Shown here: positions 37,829 to 51,975 of the stretch, piece after piece
How the letters are laid out: each line of letters opens with the position of its first letter
How positions within the stretch are numbered: the stretch's first letter is position 1
DNA from: Dimorphilus gyrociliatus
Taxonomy: Eukaryota > Animalia > Annelida
Assembly: GCA_904063045.1 (NCBI GenBank)
Contig: CAJFCJ010000007.1
Location: forward strand, 492,819-556,818
Direction: 5' to 3'
Length of the DNA: 64,000 bases
Made by a program: the position numbers and the translations under genes
The notes under the pieces: generated by a model
Told to the model about the DNA's origin: nothing
Database searches by the model: none
What the model saw: only the letters and a program-made list of their open reading frames with translations

Positions 37829-39274
37829 ATATACATTAACTATTTATATGAATATTTATCTATTTACTTGAAGAACAGAGCGTAGAGTTATAATCTCGCA
37901 ACCGCCTTCAAATTTTCTCTCGCATAACAATTCGCAATTTTTTCCAGGGAAATGGCTTCGAGACAACTTAAAAACCATATCACCCATCCAATCTAGACGC
38001 ATTTCTCTTGTAGAATTATATCGATCGGCCTATAGTTTTACAAAGATTTATACTAGCGAAAAAAAGAGAGAGAGAGAGAGAGAGAAATAAAAAAAAAGCA
38101 CGTACGATCAATATGAATTTAAAATCGTCCGATTCGCTTTTTTCATCTTGTTTTCGTTTAACTAACGAATAGAATTTATTCTTATCTTTTCTGTCTTGCA
38201 AAACGTTTGAAATGATTTTAGGAGAAATTGGTAGACTTTCACCATTCTTCAAAACAGAAACAGGATTGTCTACATTCTCTTCAAATATTAATTGGATGTC
38301 AAAACCAAGATGATTTTTAACCATTCTTCCAGATTCATTTGCTATCGTATTTTTCAATTCTGGCTTTTCCATTTGGTTATATGCTTCGCCGAACGAATTT
38401 GCTAATATATTTAAAACGTCTAAAGAGCATTTAGTTACAGTCAACTGAAGGGGATCTAAAGATGATATGGCAACAGCCAATTTTGGTGGGGGTATAACTA
38501 AACCATCTTCTTCGTCAAAATCTGAAACGTCATTACCTTGAACCTATAAATAGACAAATATTTTTCACCAAAATAAAGAAAAATTATAATCAACAAACAT
38601 CAATGGTTAAATTCCATTGTTGATAGTCATTATATCCTTTTTGAACAGGTTCTACAAGAGGTTCCCATACAGATAATTCTTGATTAAAGCAGGCAACTTC
38701 TAACGACAGTGTACAGGAAGCTTGTAAATTTGAAGACCAATTTTCAACTTGCGCGTCGAAGCAAAGTTCATTTACCAATAATGGTTGACTACTCTTTCCA
38801 GGTGTATTACTTGAATCAAGTTTAAAGAGTATTCTTTCACTTTTAACCATCAACTATATCATTATTAAATAACATAATTTCATTAAAACTATTATAAATC
38901 ATAAATTATTTATTGGTACATACCATTTCTTGTTTAATAACTATTTCTTTTTCAGCATCTTCTTTATCATCTAGAGCAAGATGTAAAAGAATTATAAGAT
39001 ATATCTTGTATTGTATATTGAAAGGTTTTTGTCTATAGATAGGTATTAAAAGCTTTAATTGTATAGGATTATATAAAGAAGGAAGAAAAAAATACCAAAT
39101 AAACAAAGAGGGTCTAAATGACAAAAAAGCATATATACTAGATTCTAGCAGAAGACTAAAATAGAGGTAAAATAAACTAGGGACAAGAATACCTTTTACC
39201 ACATTAATAAAAAAATATTTTCTTACATTCAATCTCCTGTATATATTCTTTAAAATGAGATAGATAAGGAGAGC

Positions 39275-39306
<32 letters not shown>

Positions 39307-42300
39307 TAAGAAAAAAGAGATATAATGATGTATGTTAATATATAAGCGTACAATATATAGTATAAATACAGTATAATATACTGATTGAAGTTTTAAGTAT
39401 TATTATGTTTTTTGATAAATTTGACATAAATTTCTAATTACCTGAAGCGTCAGTTCCATCATCTATTTTAAAAATTTGTTAAATAAAGTATAATAGTAAA
39501 GAGATAATTAATGAAATGAATGTAGGCCTATACCTATTTTCAAAAACCAAAAATTAAAATCCGACCAATATTTTACATTCCACAATTCTGTATCATAATC
39601 GGTCGGTTCTTTTAATTTATTATCGACGATTTCCGTTGTTTTAATTGTTGATAAAGTATTCACTAATTGACGTATAAGAGGTGGAGTAATGTTTATAATC
39701 ATTTCGGTCATTTCAACATTAAAATGCGTATTGTTCTCTTTTAAACTTCCATGTATGTAAAAATTTATTTGATCCAGTATCTGAAAACGAATTTAGTAAA
39801 ATTAATAGTTAATTTTTACAATATTAATAATTAGTTAACCTGTAATTTAAAGAGATTCCTTTTCTCTATTGCATAATAGGAAGCAAAAAGTTCCATATTT
39901 GTTAAACACATTGATATATTGGTGTTATCTCCCAAAATCATTATATTCATGCCAATTTCTGACTGTAAAATATGTATAGAAATCATTATGTTATATTATT
40001 TATTAATTTATATTTTCTAATCACCTCAACAATTAAAGCGGAAGTTTCAACACTCTTAGGATTTTCAACTAATAAGATTTCCGGTTTATATATTTTTATT
40101 GAAACGGACAATTTTTGTAGTTGTGGTTGAATTTCATCATCTTCTGGTATGGTGATCATTGGTTGCGATTCAATAGTTTGTTTCCTTGCTGCTTTAATCG
40201 AAATAATAAATATATATATATATAGATGATATATGTTGTCTTGATCTATTTAAATATTTACCAGTTTCTAATCGAACTGATTTATTATTCGATTTAACAT
40301 CAATAGAATTCATTATCATAACATTCAATGCCAATAGATATTCAAGATTAATACATAAATGCAAATTGTTCAAGTCCAAATTGACTGTTAAAAGTAAAAT
40401 ATATATTATATTAATAGTACTGTGTAGTTTTAAAAAGCTAAATCTATTCATACTTTGTTGGCTATTCTCAGTTTTCTCGTAATTCATTTCAACCATATAC
40501 TGAAGGGTGTTTGTTCTATCAAATTTCTGCATTAATCTAATGAAAGTTTCATTATTAATAATTATAAAACATTAAGTTAAAAAAAAAACAACCTAGTAAT
40601 TTTATTGCCAGTGTCTGTTCTAATATCATCCAAAGTAATAGAAGCCAGTTTAATTATAACACGCATGTCTGGAATGGGGTTTAACTGATGACCGTCAACG
40701 TAAAGTCTCTCAAGGGAAAATTTTCCGTAAAGTTTCGAATTATCTCTTTTAATTAGTCCCGAATTCTAACAATTAGCAGAATTTCATAATATTAAATATA
40801 TAAATATATATACACAGTATATATTAGTATCTACTTTGTCTAATGGAACTTTTCCTTCGTATAATGTGGCGGACACTTCCTCCAAAACAAAGCTAAATTG
40901 TAAACTTTTCGTTGTCTGTCCACCTTTTTGAGCTTGTTCTAATTTGGAGGATGACGATACAGAAGTAGAATGACTCCTGCCATAGCCAACCGTCAAGTTG
41001 GAATTTTTACGTTTTTTAGGCGTTAAATTTTCGGGAATGTGTAATTTTTCGGCTTGTTCGGCAAAATTAACAGTTAAAACTGTCATTATACAAAGTAAAT
41101 CTCTTTGATCGGTATTCAACTAAAAAGAAAAAGAAATAATCTTTAGTTAAGAAATAGGAAAATCCTTAAGAGATTTTCGCTTTTTTCTTCTTTCTCTTAC
41201 CAAAATATATGGTATTTCCCCTTGGACATCAATGTTAGGAATATCAATGAAGGTTTGGCTAAGATTTCTTCGAAGCGTTAATGACATATTAATAGGGGGA
41301 ATAATAAGAATTTCTGACAGGATTTTTGCGTCTTCAATGAAAACCCTGTTAATTTATGAAAAGAGAAGGTTATCACTCTATGTATATAAACAGTATATAA
41401 ATATTTATATACCTGGATACTTGGACATCGGATAGATCAATATTTATTTTATCAATCATACAAATTTTCTGTAAAATTATAATAAATATGATTTAATGAA
41501 AAGAAAGAGATAATTCTTGTCTGTTTTTATTTTTTGCATGTAAAAAAAAAACAACTTTACCATCTTTTTAGTATCATTTTTAGTTTCCATCTTATTTTCT
41601 ATTCTTAGAGTACCTAAATCAAGTTTCAAAGCATCGTCAGAACATGAATTTTCTGGTACAATGATAATAGGTGCTTTCAAGTTGATATTTAATCTAATTC
41701 TAGTTGTATCTTCTTGTATCTATTAGAAAACGAGAAGAAAGAGAGAGAAAAACACTAGAGATATGTTATATCAAAAAGTTGGTATGTTCTAACTTTATGT
41801 GCGGTAGATGCTGCGGAAGAGGCTACAGCATGTTTAGCATTTTGTATAGCTTCTTTTACATTAGATATTGATTCGAGAAAGTTCTATAATAAAAAACAAT
41901 GAAAAAAATAGCACAAATATGTTAAATAATTATTTATACATACCAGCAAAAATGCTATATGTTGATATAAGAATACTAAATGCATTCGTCCAGTGTTTAA
42001 TGAAACAGATATATTAACTTTTTGTAAATCTGATTTTGGTACATTATCGTAAAAGCATAAATTCAAGCTGAATACTTCTCCTTCACAACTAAGAATCTAT
42101 TGTGTATAATGTTATCGAAAGAATATATCAATTAATAAAAATTATATATTTAATTAATGATAAGTGTACCTTTTTATATCTGCTCTTAGGAACAGTATTA
42201 TAAATTTGAACATCAGCTAATGATAAAAATACAGCTGTTTCTAATTTATGAACATCAACGTTTGTTTTTAAGCCTATTGTATAAAATAAAATTTTAATTA

Positions 42301-42493
42301 ATAAATATTTCAAATATACTATATATATAAAAAAGAAATATAAATTATCTTTACCAGTCATGCGAATGTCAAAGAATGAATTAACAGATGAACAAACATT
42401 TACGGCAAATTTATCAAATTTTGCTGTAAGTTTTATTTTAGATTTATCAACTGCAAAAGAAAAAATAAGAATTTTAAGAATTTTAAATATCTT

Positions 42494-42540
<47 letters not shown>

Positions 42541-45500
42541 TATGTACGTATATTACGGAATGGAAAATGAGCTTTTTGCAACTTACCGGTTGTCGTTGTA
42601 GCTTTAGGATTATTAGCGGGAACTTTAAGTTCAAGATTAGAAGACTTTTGTTGTATCGGCTTACTTTCAGGTTGTAAATTGGAGAGAATCTAAATAATAT
42701 AAAAGTTCAAACGAAATATAGAAATATATATATGTAAATGATATAAAGCAGTTGTTGATTTTCTCAACGTATATACTGTTTCAGTCAACGTTTTTTAATT
42801 GTTTAATTAGTGTGTAAAATTGAAAATCTATTCATACCGATAATAGTTTACAAAGTATTTCAAAGTGTAAAACAACTTCAAGATCTCTAAAGTGTACATC
42901 AACTTCTATTTCGGGAATTTCCGTAGAAGAAACAGTTTGTTTTCTCTGATAAAACGTACAAAAAATTATTAATTCATTTATATGAATATCTTCTATACTG
43001 TAATTTACATGTATTTTATTATTAACTTACTCTTAATAATTTAACGTGAAGTAAATATTCATTAGCATCAGGAGAAGGTGTATTAATGAGATTAGTCATA
43101 GAACCTCTATCATCTTTAGCAGCTAAGAGAAAAATATTTCAAAATTGCATAGAGTTCATAATAACTGAGAAAACGTTTACTTTCATGATGTTGCATATAT
43201 AATCCTCCTAAATAACTTGTTAGCTCCATATCTAACGTTCTCGTGTATACTTTCAGACCCACTGTATCCACTACAAACTTAAAAAATGAGGAATCTTTTT
43301 CTCCTGATAATTTAACAATAATCTAAACGGCAGAAATAATTAGCTAAATAATTTTAATGATTATTATAAAACAAACCTCTTTAATAATAAATTGAACTTC
43401 AAGGTCAAGTTTGTTAATTTCTGTTATAGAATCCTAAAGAATGAAAGAGGTTTTCGTTGAATTTCTCAATTGCAAACAATATGAAGTATAGTAGAATTTA
43501 TTACCTTTTTCGATTTAACAAATTTTGCATCACTAGGCCTTAATTGAGTTTGGTCATCCCTTAGCAGCTGTTTTTTTTTTATTTTTATAAATAATGAATA
43601 TTCAGTAATTTTATATATTTAAATAATGAAATTGTAATTACGAATTGAGAAGATGATCTTCGTCTTTCTAATTTTTCATCTTGATCAAACGTGTCATCAT
43701 CTTCGGGCAGAGGTATACTCTCAGTCAATGCCAAAAGTTGTTCTAATTTCTTATCAGAAGTTGAAATTGTAACTTGAGGGAGATTACCTTCAATTCTCAG
43801 ACTAAAATGTTTGTCAATGAATAATAATAGATATATCAAATATATTAAAATTGTAAACAAACTTTGGAATATCTAATCGATTAACAGCGGATTTGTATAA
43901 AGCTAATTCTAGCGTAAGAGGTTGTAAGATATGATGTGCAGTTTTTATCAATTCATTGCCAGTTTTCCATTTTTCACCAGAATTTATAAGCAAAATTTGA
44001 ACATCTTCCAAATGTAATTTGTACTTATCAGACACCAATCCTTTTAATTCTTCCAATTTCTAATAAAAAATTCAACATATGCGTAAAAATCCGGATTAAA
44101 TGAATAATTTTAATATTAAATACCATAGAACTATCAATAGATTGTTTATTCTTTTCGCTTATAATTTTAAGGTGGCCCAATTGGACGATAATTAAAGATA
44201 CTTTACTGTATAAATGTAAAAGAAAGAAATTTAAATAAGTAATATACAAATGTTTATAAATAGAATATACTCTTTATAAATTCCTGAGTGTGGTAGAAGA
44301 ATTCTAGAAGGTTTTAGATCTATATTAACTTGCATATATTTTCTTTCATTCATCACATGTTTCATTGTTGTAGCTGTTTGCTCTTTTATCTCTTCATACT
44401 TTTCCCAAGCCGCTGCTTGTAATCTGTAAACATTGAAAAGTTTATTTTATTATCTTAATAAAAGTATAACTGGTAGAATATATATGTACAGTATATACAT
44501 GTATAAACAAACAAGTAAAAGACGCCCCAAAGGTAATAATTAGTGGATAGTATCAGTGATTGGTTTTATCTTTTTAAAAAAAAGAAATAATTCAAACCTT
44601 TCTAAATAAACATCTTTAGGTAGCTTGAAGAATTTCATTAATTGTAGTACGGTTGGCTGTTAATCATAACGAGAAAAATCATGTTTATTTTAATATTAAA
44701 AAAAAAGAAAAAACAACGAAGAAAACTATATTAAGACGTTTGTATTCGAATAGCCTTACCGAATCATACATAAATTCCTCTGGCATACTTTTAACTGTAA
44801 GTAATTGATCACAATCCTCGTCTAGGGGATGAGTTTCAAATAGTACGTAAAGTAATTGGTGAGAAGTCACAGGATTATAAACAAGCTGAGGTTGAGTTCT
44901 CTTGTTATCGGATAATCCAAAAACAACCATTTGATTAATCCAGGCTTCAACTTTTAATCCATTTGATGCTGGTCTTTGATTTAATTCGACTTTCATGTCA
45001 TTTACTTCTATTCTTGCTAATTCATTTTGGCTACAATAAAAAATAATTATTATATAAGCTAAAACATGCACCTAAACGTATATTTATCATATAAATAGTA
45101 TAAATCATCTAAGACTTACGTTTTATCAGAATTATTCTCCTTCAAAGCAAAAGATACTTGCTTAAAAGCTACTTTTAATTTATAGGCCACGTACTATTGA
45201 AAAAATTAATAGTTATTAATAATTAATATTTTAATCCGATTTAAAAAAAGAAAATACATTTGGCGGTAAAGTTGGATCAACGCCGTCCTCATCATAACCG
45301 ATGGCATCGTATAGTTTTGCTTTTTCTTTTGGAGTCATAGCCGCTTGAAATTTTCCAGCTAGAAATAAAACCGAATAATAAGACAAACAAATAAAATAGA
45401 TAAATAAAAAGAGACATACCTATTTCTGAACTTTCATCCTTACTTCCTCTAAAGAAGGAAAACCACGAACCTTTACTACTAGCTTTAGATTTTAATTCTT

Positions 45501-48500
45501 TATTTCTTGAATACTGCAAATCAATTAAATAAATTATATCTAGCGGATCTTTAACGTTTTTCTTCTACCTCTAATTCCGCTTGTTGTCTCAATCTAACAA
45601 TATTAAAAACTGATAGGAATTTTTCAATTTCTTGCAGACTATTTAACAATTTTGCAGTTGCCTTTTTTCCACTTTCCAATTTATTGTTGTATAAGTTTAA
45701 ATACCTTTTTTTTTAATTAATAAAACAAGGTATTATTCAAATGTTTAAAATATACTTTTTAACTAGTACTTTCTACACTTATCTCCGTGATCTTTAATAT
45801 AATTCCAAGACCAAACTTTTCTCTTATATTCAACGTGTTCACCTAAAATACATCTATAGGCGAATCTCCACCTAAAGATTGGAAAGAAAAGAAAATTGTA
45901 AAAAGTTTTAAAACAATAGATATTTAAAATAGAATATTAAATATATTTCTACCATTCTTTTGCTTCTTTTGAAATAGATTCTTTAGGTTTGAAATATTTT
46001 CTAAATTTTGAAGATAGTACCATACGATCAACCGAATCGACCAGTTTAATAAATAGACGATACTAAAATGAAGGGTAAAAAAACAAATTCTATTGAAAGA
46101 TGTATATTTGCATAAGAAGAATAATTTTCAAAGCAATTAGTTGTTCAAAATATATATATACATAAAAAAGCAATATTATGTATTAAAATTACACTCAGGG
46201 GAGATGGAAAAATCATCTATGGAAAAGTATCATTATAAATATATTTGTTTACATCTATCCTCTATTATATTTTTAATAATATTTATTCATATTTCAATCA
46301 ATTATCTAGAATAACATATATTTTAAAATTGATAAATACTATTATATATTATTTAATTAAAACGTTTAATTAATTATCAATTTTATCAATTAAAAATATA
46401 GTTTTTACCTTATATTTTTAACGAATTGATCCTATGTTTAAATTAGTACAAAGAAAAGAAAAAAAAAATGGTTTTATATTGTAGCCATTGCAGTTGTATG
46501 TTATCTTTTGATATTTTTTAAATAGCTAATAAAAGGAAACAGATTAATCATTTGTTGTTTTGCTATTATACCTATTACACCCACTCCTATCATAAACTGT
46601 AGAGATATTCTCCTAAAAAGTTACTAAAACCCCGTTTGTATTATGATAGTGAGAAAAAAAATTTTCGCAGAAAATAGGTCAGGTTAATAGCACGTATCAT
46701 TCAAAAAAAAATAAAAACTTTTTTTTTAAATACCTGATCGTTGTTAACGTTAACCGAAATTTTTTCAAATACAACATCAACGGATACTTTGGGTTGTTGA
46801 AATCCATCTTTTTCTGGTCTTGTAACAATTTTTAAATGACCAGTAAAGGAAATTGGCTCACAAACTAAAATATAATAAAAATAGCTCTAATTTGCCAAAT
46901 GGTTTTCTTAATCAGTATTTTATTGTTCATACCATAATCAAAATTTGGTGATAACGATACCAAAGTTGAGATATTATTGTATAAAAGTTCCTTTTTAAAA
47001 AAGAATAAGCATAATACAATAGTAATATTAAATTATAGTAAAATACAAACTTTTCTCTTTTGTCTTCCAACTGAGAGGTATGAATCTTTTTGATAATTGA
47101 AATATAATGATAAACTATCTAATTTCGCTAATTTATGAAAAGTCGATACAGCTTCCTTTAAAACTGTTCTTTGCCAATTTTCATCGGTTGTCTACAAAGT
47201 AAAAAGTAAAGAAAATATTCAATGGAATGTATTATAATAATTTATTGTTTTTTATAAAAGTTTGAACTTACGACGAAATGTATTCCTTTTAATGTAATAC
47301 CAATACAAAAAGGATTCTTAGGATTCGTAAAAGAATCTTCGTATCTTATATGAACATCTTCAATTTGAACTTCAATATTTTTTGTAATATTGGCCGCTAA
47401 CTTTTCAGTAAAGCTATCTTCTTTATCTAATTCAAAAAATTGTTTATTATACTATATAATAGTAATAGTAATATAGGAATTACCTGATTGAATGCCTTCT
47501 TTATTAAATTTTTTTGTTTCTTCTATCCATGCTAATTGTTTTTCTTTCTTTTCCCAATCTTGTTTTTTTTCCTTCTCCTCATCGTATTCCGCAGCTTAGA
47601 ATAACAAAAATATATAAATAACTATAAATAATATAATAAAAATTAAAACCAACCGGAAGTTGGTACAGCAACTATATACAATCCGCTCAATTTAGCAACT
47701 AGCGGTTCTGTATATAAATTCTTCCATGGAATTTTTAGTACAAGTTTACCTGAAGAAGATAGAAAAAAAAATGTTACCATCTCAATATAAACGTTTCGGA
47801 GGAAAACGTGTATAAACAAAAAGTAGAAAGATATTAATAAACAAACAAAAGAAAGAAAAGAGAAATTCCACTAAAAATAGATTCATACCTATATTTCCGT
47901 GAACAACTTCAACCGGTAAATTTAATTCTTTCTGCAATTGGTCATAAATAAGGAAATTCTCTATTGAAATGTTAATTGTTTACGACTAAACATCTGTGAT
48001 ATTTGTTCCATTTTACTCCGGAACAAATAATAAAATTATGACTATAATTAATAGAATTATAATATATACATATATATAGTATAATTTTATTATATAATAA
48101 TCAAAATTAATAATAATTTCGATGTTAAAAAAAGAAATAAATAAATAAAAATAGCTTACCAAAGCTGTTTCTTTAATATAAAGATCGTTGAGGACAACAT
48201 CACCTATTATTTTTAAAATAATTAAAACATTATTATTCTCATTTTTAACATCAATAATGATTTTTATTTCTTTTTAATTATCATATAATATAGGTTTTGT
48301 ATGGAATCAATGAATGAAGACTTAAAATAGCTGTACAATGTATACTATCGTGTTTTGTAGTTATTTCCTTCTTGCTTATCTCTGTACGCCTTCTTTTATC
48401 TTGCAAAAATAACTAAAAGGCTAATTGATATATTAAAAGTTTCAACGATTTCTTATTAAAAAGAAGATTTTGCAAGAATATCTATAACTGCATTTTAATC

Positions 48501-48713
48501 AGTCAATAAACTCCTTTATATAAGTAGTCTATTTACATTCGATCGTATACAAATTAATTATTTACTTACGAATATACTATTGAATTTTAAAAAAATATTA
48601 TCAAGTTTTTACAAACCTGCCCATAAGCCAATATGTAATTGGGATTTATCAAGATCTTCCACAAAACTTCCAAGGTATTTATTTACCAAATCGACTACCA
48701 TAGATTCAAACAT
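32877..48713 (-). CDS. VPS13: VPS13A/C-type bulk lipid transfer protein, many short exons
   Basis: Chorein-N start [37 protein letters not shown] (ATG 48713), repeat [10 protein letters not shown]...[10 protein letters not shown], and ATG2_C-like [24 protein letters not shown]...[17 protein letters not shown]. The last exon [19 protein letters not shown] ends at TAG 32877-32879. Not every internal exon junction was verified. Confidence 0.95.
39275..39300. repeat. (GA)n microsatellite in a VPS13 intron
   Basis: Direct reading. Confidence 0.9.
42498..42537. repeat. (TA)20 microsatellite in a VPS13 intron
   Basis: Direct reading. Shorter TA runs occur at about 37015, 37799 and 40208. Confidence 0.9.
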
Positions 48714-49231
48714 CCTTTTTGTTTGAATAGTTTGTCAAATCAAAGCTTGACAACGGTATATTGAAAATTTTTTCGCTTTTTCATCACATTCAAGAGGAAT
48801 AGTCACGTGCTGAACAATATGTCAAGTGGCGACATCTGCAAACAACATTGACATTTTTGACACTGTTAATCGAAAACAGCACCCAGTTTATTTTGCAAAG
48901 TGGAAAATTTAAAAATCACCGTACTCAATCTTATAGATAAGCGTTTCGTACGTAACATAAACAATAAACCATTCGGACACAATTAACTTAGGGCATTTAA
49001 GACAATCAGTATAAAATACATAGTATATTTCTTTCGAAAATGAATAACTTTAAACGATAGATATAAAACATCCATAAAACGTATACGTTTTTGTTGTCAT
49101 TTTTATCTGTACCAATATCATCAACATTATCATTATCATCATCATTACTTTTCTTCTTTTGGATTAACAACTATTTTACAAAAGTCAAGAATGTACATTT
49201 ACAAAAAAAAGAAAATAAGAACTATTAACGT

Positions 49232-49751
49232 TTATCTCTTCTTAAATCCATATTTCTTTCGTTCATAAAATAAATCTGTTTTAGCACTTCCTAAGTTCAC
49301 TATTTTCGGGCAGCCGTCTCTCTGAAAACAAGTTAAAATTAAAATCTCAATTTTTAGATCATTTGTTGTAAGTTATATATAATTATGACTTACATCTCTC
49401 TCGAGAATTGTACATTCTTTACAATAGTAGGCATCTGATACTCCTGGTCCACCGCAAATTACGCATCGTCCCTGGTAGGATCCGTAGTTACATTCATCGC
49501 ATATTCTAACTAGGGAACAGGGTCTAACGTACGAATCGCAAATAACGCATTTCCCATCGCACTTCTCGCACAAACGTCCCAAAGCTGAAATTAACAATTA
49601 AGTCAAATGAACCACACGAAGTTAAATAGACATTTTATCGTGAACTGTTCTTAGCGTTTCTCTTCAATATTAAATAATCTATTAAAAGACTATACTAACC
49701 GACACCTGGTTGTTTACGACAGAAAATTAAATCTGGATGATGCTTGGCCAT
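49232..49751 (-). CDS. PHF5A: PHD finger-like domain protein 5A (SF3B14b), 3 exons
   Basis: [17 protein letters not shown] / [23 protein letters not shown]... / [29 protein letters not shown] is near-invariant. Confidence 0.99.
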
Positions 49752-51975
49752 AATTGGAATAGATTAGTTTTGCAGCCTTATAAATTCGTTGCAAGTGCGA
49801 TAGAAAACGTACCGGTTTCGTGCAACGAAATAGTACAAAACAGGAAACGGAAATGATCCTTGTTCCCGTCAAAATTTAAATTGATGCTTTTCAAATTCTG
49901 TACGTAAAAACATTACATTTACTGATTTATGAGTTGTATTTAAATAAAAGCAATAAAGGTAGGTAAAAAGATTGAAACTAATTTATATAATTTATAAAAA
50001 TGAAACATTTCGACGTAATAAGCTTTACGTAAATATAAACCAAAGATATATGTTGTGTTAGTGGATACGTCTGCTTTTTTCTGCTCAAGCAAATGATAAT
50101 CTCTTTAGAACTTGCATAGAGGCGCCGTTAGAAATGAGCCACTTAGCGCCAAACGTGCGCAATAAAACTAAAAGAGTGTTAGCCAGTAGAAAAGTCGACA
50201 AGGTGCAAGTCGTTGAGTGCGCCTGATTCATTTCATTTATTTACCGATAGCGGCTATGTGAAAGTTTCGGTATAAAGAAGAGTTATTTTCACAAAAAAGA
50301 AAAAATAATATAACAAAAGATAAAAGGAAAACTATCGTTAATTTTTTACGTCAACACCGAAGAAGTTAAATTAAGAGAGGAAAACTATGCATTTTTTAAA
50401 AAGGACTATATCCCTTCCATCCTTAGTTAAACGTTCTTTTCTTCAGAAGAATGAGGATTCGGATGCGAAGGAATATACAAGTTTGAGATCTAGCTTTCGC
50501 CGAAAGGTTCGTAGATACGACTGTTTGTATATTCTAGATCTCTTTTCAAAACTCTGATACTTACTATCAATGAGTTTTCTTTTCGTTGGTACCATACTCT
50601 TTTTTTTCTATCCCGATTGGAACGAATACGAACGTTCCGAATCCTGTTTTATTCGCTGCTATATCAAACAAACAAACAGAATAGAATAGGTCTATTGTTT
50701 TAGCGATACGTTCATGCGTTCATTGACTACAAGATTAGATTAACAAGTCTTTTTTTAATATAGTGCCTTCTTTTCTTATTAGTTGTTAAAAGCGAGATTT
50801 TTAACTCATGACGTCACTTCCTAATGTTCTTCTCATTCGAAAGTTGATTTATCTTTTTGAACTGACCGAGAGTGTTGCGGTTCATTCTGCTTGCTTTTGC
50901 CAGTCTAAACAAACAAAAGAAATCTAGTCGTGTTTTATCATGGTTTTCAGTATTAGTTCAAAATTATTCTTCAAGTCTCTTTGTCCTCTTTTTTATTGTT
51001 ATTATTCAATTCATATCGTTGTGAATAATCAATTTTTCTTAATTAATTGTCTTTTGGGGAATTATGCAATAAATCCAACAATAAAAACAGACATTCATCT
51101 TCATTGTAATTTCCTGTTTCCCCTCTCCTCCACTTTGTCAAATGCATCTATTACCGAATTAAGTTCATTCACGCTTCCTTCCTTTGATGTTGATATTCCT
51201 CACGTTTCAAGCAACTAAGCAAATATAGGGGGAAAAAAAATTTTTAGTTCGTCGGTATCTTCAAAACAAGCACCTGCCATAACATTCTAAAGCCCTTTGG
51301 ACTTTATCAGCTTAGGCTTAACGAACAAGTTTCCATAAGGATAGAGTTATATTTCCTACCTCAAGTCAGGAAAATTCATTTGGGCGTTAAAAGGAAAAAC
51401 GATTAGGTGGCGACGGATAGTAAACAGACCTCTCGTTTCTTAACATTATTATCTTGTTTATAACTTGTTAAACTCTAAAACGAAATTAAAATCAAATGAA
51501 AGAAATACTAATCCAGTGGAAGATATTCTCCTAAGAGATTAAAAGTCATTTAATCATGGAAAACTAATCGCATAAGGCGACTTGCGGGAACCTTCAATTA
51601 AGATACTATATAATTAAAGTATCATCTTTCAAAGGATTGCTGAATTCTGACGCAGATCCATCAAAATAAAAAACATGGTTGATAATTTCGGGCGCGTGTC
51701 GTTGATCCTTTGTTCTTATTCTTCTCCATTTTATCTTTATCTCTGTATGCGTGTACACGTCGATGATTTTCTTAATAGTCATATTGAAAAATTCTGCCCG
51801 CATAACGTTTATTTTTATGTTTAAGAGGTGTACAGAGAGAGCGGCGGGGTGCAGAAGGGTTATATAACCTAACCAATTTATGATATTCTATACGGTCGTG
51901 TTTTTTTCCCCTCTATTTTCTTTTTTAAACAGTAGTTTTTCTGTTTCTAGTGTTCAATAACCTGTTGGAGTTGCG

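Noticed and set aside
49686-49696. AAGACTATACT, identical to the U3 snoRNA 5' end
   Set aside because: The match stops there. It is the reverse complement of the PHF5A intron 1 donor region.
51160-51215. In-frame TGA in a minus-strand frame (LLET*GIS) as possible selenocysteine
   Set aside because: No selenoprotein homology, no redox motif and no SECIS seen.
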